From the NCBI GenBank assembly GCA_051294375.1, contig CM119267.1:239409-303408 (forward strand): a stretch of 64,000 nucleotides of DNA, in the 5' to 3' direction. A program made the translations under genes and the position numbers. Position 1 is the stretch's first letter; each line of letters begins with the position of its first letter. A model generated the notes under the pieces. The model was not told where the DNA came from. It was given only the letters and a program-made list of their open reading frames with translations, and made no database searches. Shown here piece after piece: positions 39,849 through 54,196 of this stretch. This stretch comes from Paraspadella gotoi (taxonomy: Eukaryota; Animalia; Chaetognatha).

Positions 39849-41500
39849 ATGGCGGACGAATTAGGAAATTCCAACTTGGTCAAAGTGATAGAGATCAACG
39901 TGATATACAACAGCATCGCCCATCGCACAAGAAATGACGAGTTGATGAAGGAGTTAAATAGAGACAAAAAGAATGAACTAAAATTTAACGAATCAACAAA
40001 GATCGAGTTTCAAGGTCACCAATGACTGATTAAAGAATGTGAAAACAAATTGGTCGCCATCGCAGACGAGAATGCTTCCCTATGACTCACACCACACCCT
40101 GAGACACCTGAAACCATTAAAATGATCACAGATTGTGACTTAACTACAAGTGAGACAGAAAAAAAACAAGCATTGCAACTTAAGTTGCAATCGCTTCGCG
40201 AGCATGAGGAATTATCTCTCGAAGCAGAAAAAAAAGACTGCAATCCAAGTATGAGGATACGCAAAGACGCATAGGCGAGTTGGAGGAACAATTTGCTCTT
40301 TTTCCCGCCTCCGCTTTCAATGTCACCTTTACAGACGACGAACAAACTTCGTTACAAAATGCGCGATCGAAAATCGCTAATAAAATTGATGCGCATATTG
40401 CGAAACCTACCGCGCGTTCGTTGCTAACCAAAATTTTAAAAATTTGCGATACAGACGACGAAACTTTGACGAAACGACCCTAGGAGAGGAGACGCGAGTT
40501 AGGTTTTAACAATTTCGACTAATGTTATTCCGCACTACATTAACGACGGCAATGCTTGTACCGTTACCGACAACGCTACTTGTAACGGTACCACTAACAA
40601 TGACATTCTAGACGCGCCCTCCTCTGAGAGCAGAAAGGAGCCAATTACTGTTTTCGACGACGTCGATTACCACGTAAACAACAACCTGGCGGTGTCGTCT
40701 TTCGCCGAAATCAAAACTAATGCCTTATACAACGTTGACCAACATGAAAATGAACCAAACCCGTTTTTCAACGTGTCACCAATATATCCAACGTCACCAA
40801 CATTCTGTGACATGCTAATATCTGGTGATTTGTACAACAAAGATGAGGCTAAATTCTTTTCGCCGCCAGTCAAATCAAAAACGGAAAACTTAATTACACC
40901 GCCAATAAACATTAAAGTGAAATCGGACTAAATGCCTTGTGACGTTGATGACGCTCCCGCTGATGATTTTGGGGATGTTTTATACCCATCAGACATTTTG
41001 ACGAGATTCGTGGACAACCCGGTCCAGGTTATCTCCGAACCTCATAATTTTGTTCACAACATCAAAGCATCGACGTCGTTGAATACCTTCCAAGGCATCT
41101 CAACCATCAACGATTGGCAAAATGCAGGAATGGGATCAACGCCCCCGATGACGTCATCTGTTGAGACAACAAACAAGATACCACTACAAACTCCTATTCC
41201 TTCCACCCCAACCCCCAACCCTGATGTATCACCAACACGATTGGAAAAGGGAAAGGGGTTGGGTAAGTCATCGTTGCTCCCTATGACGCTCCCTCGTGGC
41301 AAGCCTAAATCCTTCGCGGCCCTTAATACTCCTCAACGGACCCCTAGAAACAAAAGACTTTTCGTCAAAATTCTTTCGGCGGTTCCCAAGTCGGAATAAA
41401 ACCCAACAAAGGCCAAGAAATTGATGAGTTCGACAAATATAAACTCTGTCCTTAATGGTATTCAAGAGCCAATTTCAGAATATCGAGGTGCAACCGAATC
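39849..41500 (+). pseudogene. Long degraded ORF (coiled-coil N-terminus, Pro/Thr-rich C-terminus), unknown product
   Basis: MADELGNSNLVKV... continues through successive same-strand ORF fragments to ~41400, with isolated stops. Confidence 0.5.
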
Positions 41501-42599
41501 AAATATTGGTCCTGTATTTTTCTTTTCTACCTTTTAGCCAATTGTAAAACGTAAACAAATTGTTAATTGTAAACAAAATTGTACTTTGCTGATTCTGTCG
41601 TGAAAACTTGGTAATTTTAGCCGTGGCTCCGAAGGAAACGTTTCTCCTTATTGTATTATTTTGTATTTATTGCCCTTAAATATATATTACAATAGATATC
41701 ATAAACCCCTGTGTTTTTATAGGCCAAGAGAATTCGTCAGAAACTATATCGTAGCTAGAGTATAGTGACATGGTGGCATCGGCTTTGTTCGGTCCCCACG
41801 TTTCTGTGCGCTACCGCTACTTAAGTGGGGTGGGGTGAGTGGTATATAAATATATACTTAAGTGATAATTATAAGTATTTAAGTGGGTATTCCCCGGGTA
41901 AATCCTCACATCTGCGCGTGTAGATGTTAAACTCTACTTCGCTTCACGCGAGGCGACGTCGACGATAAACCGTATGAACTATAATTGGGTTAGAGGATAA
42001 ACCTGATTCCCCTGCATATCGACGAGAATGCGCTATATAAATTTTCTTTTCGTCGCTATATATGACGATTGTCGAATGAAGGGACAGAACTACAATTTTT
42101 TATATTTTTTTTGTCCCTCGGGGATAGGACATAAATAAATAATGACCTTTCATGAATCTTAAAAAATTATTCCTGCTTTACGCATTTCCAGAAGGTCCGA
42201 AGGCCTCCAAAATATTTTTAAAACGGGCTGTCTTGATTTGTTAATGGATGTCGTCATCCGTCACTCCGAGATGGAATATTTTCTGGAATTTTGTATCATC
42301 TGGAGATTTTGAATTTTACGTTCTTCTTGCCGGCGATCGCTACGTTTTGGATTAATTCTCATTTCGTCTTACGTTTTCGTTTTTTTTTCGTTTTCGTTTT
42401 TTTTTCGTTTGCTTATTTTTGCGTTTTGGTTATGTTTGTGCTTTGGAGCTCTGCTTAACCTCGTTTTATTTTTTTAGTTTCATTCACGGAATTGCGCTTC
42501 CGTCTTCTTCTTACGCCGAGCTCTATGAATTCGATAGTCGTTTTATTCGTCGCGGGAGGTATACGCGCAGTTTATTCAGATTTTTTTTGATGGCAGGCC

Positions 42600-43275
42600 G
42601 ACGCATGTTCGGTGCCATGGGTTCCAGATTCCTAGACTCATGGACTCGATGTTGACCATGGAGTCTGCTATTGACATTGCCAGGATGAGGATTACTCCTG
42701 GATTCCATTGGGAGCGCATGTACGACCTGCGCCTCTGCGACGACACGTCGATGAAGAGGTACTTCTAGTCGTGGCCGAGTAATGCTCTCGGCGTCGTGTT
42801 ACTGGACGATGGGCGTCGCACGGAGATGGCGACGCTCCGCGGTGGACTGGGTCCCTCTTGGGACGACATGGCCGTAGGCGGTCCCAGGGTCAGGATTACA
42901 TCCCTGGGCTTCTGGGATGGTATACAACCCGACGGTCAAGTCTACCAGAACATTCGTGATGTGCGATCTTACGACCCTCACCCTGACTTTTTGTTAGATA
43001 TGGACTATTTTTCGCGCATAATGGTTGAGAGGATGTACGTTCCCTCTGTTGGGGATGTAATGTCTTCGCTACTTTATGTGCGTCCGGAAATGTTCTTCCT
43101 CATGGGTGCGACGCCATTTGAACTTAGATTCTGGCATGCCCATAATGCGGGCTCGGATTGGGTCAACCATTTGTTTGGCCCTCCAGTCGGGCGCCGTCTT
43201 GTTTGGGACGATGAGACTGCACAGTCATCGAAATATTTTTTTTACTCGGAAAAAGGGTGGTATATCATATGCTAA
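42600..43275 (+). pseudogene. GC-rich orphan ORF
   Basis: ORF 42796-43275 has globular composition and extends upstream past an in-frame TAG near 42766. Confidence 0.45.
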
Positions 43276-45767
43276 TAATTTTTCATTTAATCAGTCCAGG
43301 TGTATCACAAGAACACTGTCTTATGATATCGGTTTGTAAAATTATTCATATCGGAGATATAAGGCTTTTCTTTTTTTGGAGCTCACTTTGTTTTGTTATT
43401 TGTAGACATTTTAACGATAAAAACCTAATTTTTTTTTACTCATTGTCAATAACTGGGTAGTTTGCATGGACTGAATTATAAATTGCTTGAACAGCATTTT
43501 ACTGTATATAAGTTTTCAAATACTAGCCTAAAGTCTATATGGAAGCACGCGGAAGCACGGCCATTTCCACTGCATTTAATGATTCATCATATCAGGAAGC
43601 TACCATATTTGACTTTTTGTCCGCCGTGTCCGGCATGGTTAGTTATAACCAAATGATTTTTGAAATAATTTTTTTTACAAAAAATTCGATACAACTAATT
43701 TATTTTGTACAATACTCTTTTAAAGGAAATTTTTAATTTAAAAAAAGAAAAACTTAGTTCTTAACTAGGACAATTATAACTTGGAGAAAAAAAAAAGCAA
43801 AAAATGACAAAAGAAGAAAATGAAGCCACCAGATTGAGGACGCAGACGTTTTTTCCCCGTTTTAAATCAAACTGCCTTTATTTACTTTAAATACTTTTAT
43901 TCGAATTATCCCTTTTTCCGTAAATAACAAAAACACATTTTTTCTTTATTTTTAGAGATTCTTTGAGCTGCTCTCGTTAAGGTTCGATCCTTCGGATCTC
44001 CTCCTTATAACGAATTACATATTTTGTCGCTCGCTCTCTTGTTTAATCTCGCGCGAATTAAATTCTTTCAAAGAAGATTCCTACTTTTTGATGTTAGTAT
44101 AGACTCAAGAAAAGGTAACGCTTCAAAAGAAACATAATTGAATCCAATTATCATTAGGATGTGGAGATTAGAGGCAAGTTGTTTGTCAATGTTTTCATTT
44201 GAAAAGGAGATTTTTCAAATTTAAATTTTTTTTCGTTAATGTGATAATTATTCGTTAGAATTTTTGCCTAAGGTATATTGCTAAGGTATATTTAGGTATA
44301 TCTAAGGTATATGGACTTTGACATCATTGTCTTATTCTGAATCATTCTTATATCATATTTCTTATCATCAATTCCATAATCCTCTTTATTGGCATTGTTT
44401 TTATGATTTCACCTAATTTTTGGGCCATGAAAAATTTTTGTGGAAGGAAATTTAAAATAATATTAAATCTAGAAAGCTGTGATGGAAACAAAAAAAATTT
44501 AGATACTTGATTAATTCAATACAAAATTTAGTGTTTAGAATTGTCTCTTACTGTTTTTACTAAAAAAAATTCAGGAAACGATCTAAGAAAACCATGATAG
44601 AATTATTTTCTCTTTTACCAAATTTAAAACATCTTACAAACATATTTACCATTTTATAAGGTAACGAATAAAGTTTTTTAAATATAACTACTTACAATAT
44701 AACAACCTACTAAAAACCAACTAATTGCACTATCGGCATAGTTTTTCCGAGAAAAAACCTCTTTTCGATGACTGTGGACTGGGGAAAGTATGTTGTGAAC
44801 ATTTTAACACACCCGCTGATTTTGTGTGCGACCTTCGCGATTATCGTCGAATCAACTGTTACTTCGGAGTTATCTTCATTCTCATATTTTTTTTTTACTC
44901 TATATAAAATAATTGAAATAGTAGATTATGGTTGTTATAGCATATTAATCATGGTAGATGTTATAAAGTTTTGTTTCTTTTTGTTTTGTTCTGATTCGCT
45001 TTTTTTTTTGTAATTTTTTTTTTCTTTTCTTTCGTTTTGCTTTGATTTTACCGCGTTGTTCTTTTGTCTTTTATTTTCTCCCGACGTAATACATCTGGCG
45101 GGATTGTTCGAATATATTTTCGCATCAGTCTTATTTGGACAAAAGAGCATCGCGTGTTTTATGTTATATTTTTTTTGATAGAAATACTGATTTATTTATT
45201 TGTTTATTTTCCTCTACTCACATATACCATTTTCTTTCTTAAGATTTTTCTTTACTTTTGCGAGTTCGTGGATTTAGACTTTCTTAAATAAATAAACTTT
45301 GCGTCACATGGTTGAGGCGTTCTCGTATCTCCTCGCCAACTACTGCGGACATCCTTTTGGACGCCGGTTTCGGCCCTGACCTTTTCGTCCTTGGTGACCC
45401 AGTTGATTCGACCGCTATCCCGGATCTACCTTCCGCACAAATAACAAAGTCAGTTACAGATTTTATGTATTTAATTGATTGTTTGGGTGTCATTAAGGCA
45501 GATGTTTGCATTTGTTGTGGCTCGAACTACGAATGCATTCATCCACCCTGGTCTTGTTTATGTTTGTTTTACATGAGGGGTGTTTGTTGGGGGTACATAA
45601 TGCCAAATTGTAACTAAAACAAACATATAGAATGAACGATAATTAGTTGACAAATTTTGATAAACTAACAGCCGTGCGTTTACGACGATCTCGAAACCAT
45701 GGGCTTAATTGATAATAAGGAATTTCATAAGATTTAATTATAGTTGAATAAATGAAGAAACAGAAAA

Positions 45768-48280
45768 GTGTTGCTAATGAGCAAATAAACTAGAATAATG
45801 GGTATAAAAGGAAGGCTGTTCAATGTATTGATGTGTTCGTCTCCCTTGCGTCCCCAGCGACAAACTCAAAGAGTACCACGTTTATAATCATGAAGTCGAG
45901 GACTGCTCAGAGTATATCGCGAAGTTAAAAAAAGAGAAAGATTTGAGGTAATTAAAAAAAATGTTATATAATTGATATGTTAAATATTTTTTTAAAATTA
46001 ATTTTTTAAAAGAGAAAAATTGGAAAAGATTCTTCATCGACAAAAAGAAAAAAGAATCGTTTGAAAAACGCTATCGCCGCTACCGCCAAGAAAAAAAAGG
46101 AAATTGGCAACTCAAAATTCTAACAAAAGGTGAGAAAAAAGTTATATGAAAATGTTACGGTTAAAACTTTAAAATATCTTTTTGTTTTATTCTATTTATC
46201 TATTTATTAATATTAAAAAATAGCGATGAATATTATTAAAATATTTTTTTTAAAAAAAGACGGGCTGAAGACTTGGAGGAAGACGAGTTCGAAATCGTTC
46301 AAATGGGTTCGTCTTCTCAATCTGTTGGAGGTCAACAACAACAACAACAGCATCAGCTTCGTCAGAGAGGTCAAATCACATCGTTAATGAAGTAAGATGG
46401 GGTTTAAGGGTTTTTTTTTAAAAATATGCAAATAAGATGGGTTTTTATGTGTCTTTTAAAAAAACAGATATGACAATGCATTCGTTGGGGAAATGAGTGA
46501 TGATTTCTTACAAGCGTGAGGAATCGGGTATAATTTAAAAATGATATTGGTTAAAATTAGTCATACGATAAGATAAGCTTTTTTTTGTTTTTGAATTTTT
46601 AGCTCGGTGATAAAACCATTATCACAATATTGCTTTGTCCATTACAAAAAAAGCGAGGGATATTTCAAAGTTACCAAGAAACGTTTTGTGGGGGCTGGTT
46701 CGTCTGAGCGCATGCAAAAAGCTTCTGGTCCGCTTAAGCTTTTGCTCTCTCCCGGAGATGACGAGGCCCTTTATCATCACGCAAAAAAAAATGTATTTTT
46801 TCACGTTTTTCTATCGGCGAGAGAATCACGATATCGTGTCACTCTAATTTGGAATCAAACTGTTCAAATCAAAGAAACGAATAAACGGGAACGAACTCTT
46901 GAGCATTTGGTTCAAAACGAGCGAATGGCGCTCCCTCGTTGATGCCCTGCCGTTCGCCGATGAAGAACTCTCTTACCTGGAAAACCGATTGATTCGAGAG
47001 GGAAATCAGAGATTTTGCGGGGTCGATCCGCGCTTTAAAATAATAAGCGATCGATGGGCTATAGTGGTGGCCCTTTTCGAGGACAAACACGGGCGAATAT
47101 TACCGAGAGTGGCCATAAAAAGCTTTTGCTTCGTGGACGCGAACGACGGCAAGGGACGTTTCCCCCAATTTTCGGGGAATTATGGAACGCTTTGGAAATC
47201 TGGTGCTGGAGCCCGAAAATTTCCGCACCTTGGGGCTAGTTTCTATATTTTTTTAAAAAACTTTTTTTTTACTCACCGTTATCTTATCGTCTATTTTTTT
47301 TTTCGTTTCAGATTCATTTCTTCTAACGTGACGGCCTCTCTTGAGAAACTCAACTCGATGTTTGACGAAGAACCCAGAGTCGCGGGAGAGAGTCACCAGG
47401 TCTGTGGGGGAGATCGTCTTGGCGTTTTGCCGGGCTTCGGGATTCGGAGAGAGGCTGAACCTCTCTGATAAACGCGGATCAATCCAACGTCTCGGCATCC
47501 CTCAATGCCGCCGCACAGAGGCTCGAATTATAAGCACCACCCTGCAAAATTCCCTAACTCCTCATTCGCCCTGCCAATCAAGTATATATCGTCATCGGTT
47601 AGGTAATTTTGCGGAATCATCCGGGAAACGGCATGCCTTGAGGGCCTCCAAGATGAGGAGCGACTTGGCAATGCCTGCGACGTAAGCAAAAAAAAAAAAT
47701 GTTGCTTGATAGGACAAAGATATTTTATAATTTTATATTTAGAAATTCTTGGTCCCACGCACAAGAATCGGCGACTCGTCTTACGCAATGGAGATTCTAT
47801 ACGAGGAGGAAAAAAATATTCCTCAGGTAGCGAAAGAGTTATCTGAAACATTTATGCAATAGGTTTAAATACACTAATTTTAATTTTAGGCAGGGTGAGT
47901 CCCTCGAGGATATTTCGCCCAAATCCACATTCTCCCCTCACCGACTGGTGACGTGGTATACGTCAATCAATTCGATCAATCCAGCCCTAGCATGAAGGCT
48001 CAAGTACATGTTTGGGGGAAAATTTATCATGCTCTCTTCTGCCTTCCCTACAAAGGGAGAGAGGGCGATGCCAACGTTTGTCAGCTTGAAGAGGTAAAAT
48101 ATTCAATCCCTTTTTCATTTATTCATCTTGATAAACTAATTGAATTAACAATATATATATTTTTAATTCACATGAGGAATGTGAGCAAGCCGTGGAGAGC
48201 CCCGCAGATTGGTTCAGATTGACTAGACAGCCACACAAGACGGAAGATGACTATCTTCCTCCAGCGTATAAAAAAACTTT
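45768..48280 (+). pseudogene. Multi-exon gene with two PC4/Sub1-like ssDNA-binding segments
   Basis: SIWFKTSEWRSLVDALPFADEEL resembles PC4 [51 protein letters not shown] resembles [23 protein letters not shown]..QW. Short intron-like gaps, e.g. 47682-47742 and 47827-47890. Confidence 0.4.
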
Positions 48281-49569
48281 TTTCAAGGTTCATTAATTAG
48301 ACAAAATTCATAAATTAAACACAGGATAGTAACCTGACAATTTTCTTTTCCACCTCCCCAAAACCAAGAACTGCTGACAATCTCAATCGAAAACCATAAG
48401 GCAGAGTGCCTATGACCCCACACGTGTGGCACATGTCTTTCCTTAAAGAATTTCTCAACGAGGAAATAGGACGAGTAAGTACTTTCTTTTAACATCTTGA
48501 TTATACTCTCTATTAACTGGTTTCGTTTCTTAAATTAATTTCATTCTTAGATTTATTATTAGTAATTTTTTTCTCAGGACTCACCGTGGAAAGAACCTCA
48601 ACAAATTTGAGGGCACGTCCGTCCTCGAAATTCTACATAACAGTGGACCATGAGAAGCGCCGTTAGCAAATCGGGTATGAAAAATTCTGTTTTATTTTTA
48701 AGAAAGAACAAAATACAAACCATATTTGGTAAGACATTTCTTCTTTCACAAACAGCCACGATCACCAACCGATCACCATCGCTCAGGGGCCCATTCAAGA
48801 CACCCTTGGAGAGAATGCGAGTCAGACAATCGAGGAAATGTAGCGGAGACGCCGGCAACAGTAATAAGGAAAAGTGCCAAAACAGACAATTTTCGATTTT
48901 TTAAGAAAAAGTTTTTAAAGAGAGATCGAGTGAAAATCGAGTTTTTCGAAGTCTAACAAGATTAGGTTTGCCTTGAGGTCGAGTGTAATTATTTCTGAAC
49001 TTTAAATCGTTTTTCTAAGCCTAACCAACTCTTGAACTCATTTTTTAATTTCAGTTTCTCAATTTCTTATGACGAATATTTAAACATTTCATTTCGATAA
49101 AAAAGCATGAAAGATCGGAAAAGAGCGGTAAAGATGAAAGGATTTTTTTTTTTGCCGCTGTCGTAGCCTCTGTGATGCAAAGAGAGAGAGAGAGATAAGA
49201 GATTGTGGTTTTTTAAGATAGAGAGTTTTCGATGCAGGTGAAGTAGCATGAAGAAAAGTTTGCATAGTTTGTTTGCACTCTTGAAATCATACGCATTTCT
49301 CTTATCTTAAACGTGACAAAATAAATAACATGGCACTTGTACCCACATCCCAGTGCGTCGCCTACGCTGTCTCGTGCGGTGTGGAGTTGAAAGACGCAGA
49401 GATGCAATGCATCTTTTTAAAATTCCGTGATAGTAAGTAAAAAAACTACAACGCGCGTGTAGAGAATAGGTGAGTAAAAAAAATCAGTGTTATCTTTCCA
49501 CACGATTTGAATCGAGATTAAACAAAGCTATTTATAAGCAAAATATTTTTCCCAGAAAAAACAAAATAC

Positions 49570-49939
49570 TGTCAGTAATATTTTAATTAGCCTCCATTTA
49601 GTAATTAACTTTTATTTTCAAATTTTGTCTCTCTAAATATTCTTAGTCTCAAAGTTTAATATCCTGTAGATTCTCAGAGCTCGGCTCCTATTTTGTAAAC
49701 ATTTAGTGAATTAGATAAACAAAGGAAGAGAGACGGGAAGGAGGCAGATAATTAAGTGCATTCCATTTTTTGGTTTCACGGGATTAAGTCGATTTATTAA
49801 CATGGTTTAAATTACAATTTACAATTTGGACAAATCAACAATTATTTCAGGTAACTTCAAAAAATTAAGACTAGTCAATTATGTATCACCTAGCTCTCTA
49901 TCCGTCATCTTTTGAGGGCCACAAGTCACGTTACCAACA
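49570..49939 (+). mobile_element. LTR-like repeat, copy 1 (probable solo LTR)
   Basis: TGTCAGTAAT...ACCAACA, ~370 bp; direct repeat of 54887-55252. Confidence 0.65.
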
Positions 49940-50359
49940 AAACAATACTAATAATCCTGTCAACAAAACAAAAGTAAATGTGAACATGTAAACTTCAAAA
50001 AAAATACAATCGTCAACACTAAAATAATTATCCAGTTACGTGATCGATAGAATAATTGTTCCCGAAATTCAAAATAAAAAAACTATTTACAAGCAAATAC
50101 ATTTTTCAGAAAAACAAAATACAAAAGTAAGTAAATGGGGACCTGTGATATGAAAAAAAACTTTAATGCGTACGGTTGTAACCTGTTGGAAATGTACTTA
50201 GAGTTGGAGATAAGGAAAAAGTGACTTCAGCTTGTTATGACTTTTAAACATGACAAAAAAATCCATTTTAAAAAAAAAGGGGAAAGAATATGAAACTAAA
50301 TCGTATTAAGTATGATAATAATTGTTGTATTATTTTCTCTCTTTTCGTTGCTAAGTGAA

Positions 50360-51237
50360 TATTAGGAATTGTTTATTGTTTGCCAATACAACGATTTTTA
50401 TTTACATAGTACATGTTTCGACTCTGTTGATTCGAGTCTTCATCAGCTTTGAAAAACATTATCAAAAATGCTCTACACATTAAGTTAGAGAGAGAAAGAG
50501 AGTGAGAGAGATTGAGGGAGAGTTTCCAACAAAGGGCTGAGTAAAGGACAGTGGCCAGATGAGAGGACAGGTGAAGGTAAGAGCAGAGAAGAAGATAATT
50601 TTGAAATGGTGAAAAGTGAAGAGAAGAGAGAGAGAGAGAGAGAGAGAAATAATTACATTTGACAATGTACAACAAAGATAAATTTAGAAAAACTTAGAAA
50701 ATAGCTGAGATTTTGAATTAACAAAAGTTAAATAAGTAATAATGATGAAAAATGAAATGGAGGAATAGGTGGTGAGGGATAGATAAGTTAATAGTTAAGT
50801 GAAATATATATAGAGAAGAAAGAGCTCAAAATGAGATCATCTGTCTATGACAAGCCAATGACCCGATCATATCGTCAGCGTCCCACCTTTGTCCACCCGG
50901 GGGGGGCCAGCTCATTTTGAGCTCTTTCTTCTCTTATATATATTTCACTTAACTATTAACTTATCTATCCCTCACCACCTATTCCTCCATTTCATTTTTC
51001 ATCATTATTACTTATTTAACTTTTGTTAATTCAAAATCTCAGCTTATTTCTAAGTTTTTCTAAATTTATCTTTGTTGTACATTGTCAAATGTAATTATTT
51101 CTCTCTCTCTCTCTCTCTCTCTCTTTCACTTTTCACCATTTCAAAATTATCTTCTTCTCTGCTCTTACCTTCACCTGTCCTCTCATCTGGCCACTGTCCT
51201 TTACTCAGCCCTTTGTTGAACTCTCCCTCAATCTCTC

Positions 51238-51268
<31 letters not shown>

Positions 51269-51395
51269 AACTTAATGTGTAGAGCATTTTGATAATGTTT
51301 TTTCAAAGCTGATGAAGACTCGAATCAACAGAGTCGAAACATGTACTATGTAAATAAAAATCGTTGTATTGGCAAACAATAAACAATTCCTGATA
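50360..51395. mobile_element. Foldback/MITE-like near-perfect palindrome, ~470-bp arms, ~75-bp spacer
   Basis: 50360-50835 is the reverse complement of 50910-51395. Confidence 0.85.
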
Positions 51396-51439
51396 ATAAT
51401 TGTATAATAAAAATAAACGACAATCGATATACGGGACTT

Positions 51440-53860
51440 AAGTCATCAGATGCAGGACAATTGGCCGCACAGTGATTTATCGACTGATCATAACTCGCCC
51501 CGTAACTGATCCCGGTTTTGTGTGGAAATCCGACCCTGATTCAGCCTCTCTAATAGACAAAAGAGCTCGTCTACCGAGCATGTTCACGATGCACGTTCTT
51601 GGAGAACTAGGTAAATATTATAATATATATATTTGGTTTGTTTACAAGATCGTATATGTAAACAAAATATTGACGTATTTCCAGCCTTACGTCACCACGA
51701 CGACGAAGCCAGCAAAGAACGTCTCACTCAGAGAGTGATCGACGAGTGTGCGGCGGAACTCTACAGCGATGCTTATAAAAGAAGATTTTGGATTGAGCAA
51801 GAGAGAAGATTCATTGAAAACAACAACAACCACATTTCCCCCCAACCCAGCGAGTGGTATTCGCAAAGAGTTGCTTCTCCTCCAAATACTCCAAGTACAT
51901 GGAATGGTTCTTAACACCTAAGCCCGAAGTGGTGACGCAACTGCGAAAGGATTTTAAGAGAATGCTGGGCTAGTCACCGAAAAGCTCGTCAAAAGGACAG
52001 CTTACATAACTAACTGGTGAGAGATAAAAAATTAAAATATAAATAAATAAATAAATAAATAAATAACAAACTTAAATCAGGATGGATCTTGACGCCTCAG
52101 TCAACTGGTCGGGTAATTTCTCGGAAAGACTTTGGTTCGATCGCTGGTCCAACCCCTCCAACTTCGAAAACAAATACGATATATACGTTACCCGCGGCGG
52201 CAACGAAACACCACCGGAGTATGAGCGGGATGTCGATATCGTAGATCATAACACCACTTTTTTCTCCGAGGGAATAGGTACAATATATATATATATTTTG
52301 TTATTACTTAATTCTTACTTTTGTAATTATTTCACTTCTTACCTCATCTTTTAAAAAAAAAAAAAAAAAAGTCAACAGATCGATGCGTCAACGAGGAATT
52401 GCTCACGAGTCTACAGCAATTGGATTCTTGAGATCCTGAGGGGCATATTTATGTAGCAGGTACATCATTTTAAAATTATATATATATATATGTATGTTTA
52501 GCCTCTCTCTCTCTCTCTATCTCTCTCTCTTCTTTATTCTTTAAATTTATTTATTTATTCAGAATCCCTGGTTGTAAAAAAAGTTGGAAATTTTACAGCG
52601 ATCGCTTGTCAGATTGCTTAACGAAAACCCCGATGACGATAGATGCTCACCATGCTCAAAGTATTACATTGATTAATTGATCGATAGATCGATTGATTGT
52701 TTTATACTATTTTTATTTATTTTCTCTCTCTCTCTCTTTCTCTCTCTCTCCCTTTTTTTTCAAGATTCGCCAAACGTAATTCAGATCTCCAACATCTGAA
52801 CTCGGAACCGAAGAATAACATAATCAACGAAAGCGAATTGGATCAATGGTGGAAGGCCTACTCAATAAGCTCTGATCGAGAAACGGTTAAATCAATTTTG
52901 GCCATTGCATCCGCGACTACTATTAATTCAAACGATCTAACAAACTTTTCGTTTATTATTGATCCAAATCGCGGTAATTGCGACGTAGGTTTTTAGTCCA
53001 AAAATCCTTGTCAAAATAAATTTTATTGGCAAAGTGTTTTTAGACGTGAGGGAGGTTTTAGGTCACAACCAGACGATGATTTTAGAATGTATGTGAATTT
53101 TAGCAGCCCAGGGGTCGGTTTGACTGTTAAATTCACACGCATGGGGTCTATTCTTGTTCTGCCCGATCTCGATTCGCTTAATTCAAGACTTCCCATTCTT
53201 TATTTAAACTTTGTAGATACGAGATCTTAAAAGCTGTCCGCAAAAATGACGTCCCTATAGATAAATATAGATCGTTTTTCATGTGTTTTAAGGATTATTT
53301 TCCCACTCATGCTATGCATCAATTACATTTCAACTCATAATTAAATCTTTGTTTGTTTAAAAATTGTAACAATTGAAAAATGATGATAAAAATTTTTCTC
53401 TCTTTCTCTCTTTATTTAATAGTAATTAAAGTGATTTTACTGCTAATGATAATGATTTCAGGACGGAATTTAGAACGTCTTAAACTGTTTAAAATCAGAC
53501 CTTCAAAAATCTTCTTTAAAAAACCTGGCTCATTAATTTCACCTTCTCCTTATGTCTACAGGTAATTTAAATATTAATTCTTTTCTCTCTCTCTCTCTAT
53601 CTCTCTCTTTTCTTTCTCTTTTTTTTCTTTTCTTTCTTATCAATAAAAGATACAAATATCTTTAACAAATATTTTCTTTTTATTTCTTAGGCACTTTATA
53701 ATCAACGAATTTGACTTTCTTCATATATTGACATTACTGTTGAGACTCTTGGATGAACAGAATAAAAAATCTTCATCTTCTAAACAAGACCAAGACTCTG
53801 CTGAACAAAACTTACCTATGGATAATGACGCCAGTGACATTACTTCGATCAAAGATCTGT
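51440..53860 (+). pseudogene. Large multi-exon gene remnant of the inner element, unknown product
   Basis: Phase-consistent GT-AG joins: HVLGEL|ALRHHDD, AYITNW|MDLDASVNW, SEGI|DRCVNEE, HIYVA|ESLVVKK. Scattered stops. Confidence 0.6.
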
Positions 53861-54085
53861 AATTAAAATGTTTCATTTATGATTTACTGCAGAATGCAAA
53901 ATTTAAACCAAAACCTATCAACGTTCATAAACAGAATTAAAATTTTTTTCTGGAAAACACTTATCTCCATAGCCCTTGTCAGTCTGGTGATTTCAAATTG
54001 GTTTTCACAAAAACAACGGATTCCAACGTCACCGACTTAAAAAAAGATAAATGGAATCCAAAATTTTTTGTTTTAGACTGAAAAC

Positions 54086-54196
54086 ATGTTCACTTCAAAG
54101 AATATAGATCTGGCTACGCTGCAACGTGAACTTGCAGCAAAACGAAAGCAGAAAGGCACACGTCGCCGAGGGAGAAGGGGGCAAAAGAAAAGAAAA
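54086..54196 (+). pseudogene. Exon encoding an Arg/Lys-rich peptide
   Basis: MFTSKNIDLATLQRELAAKRKQKGTRRRGRRGQKKRK followed by gtaag. Confidence 0.4.
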
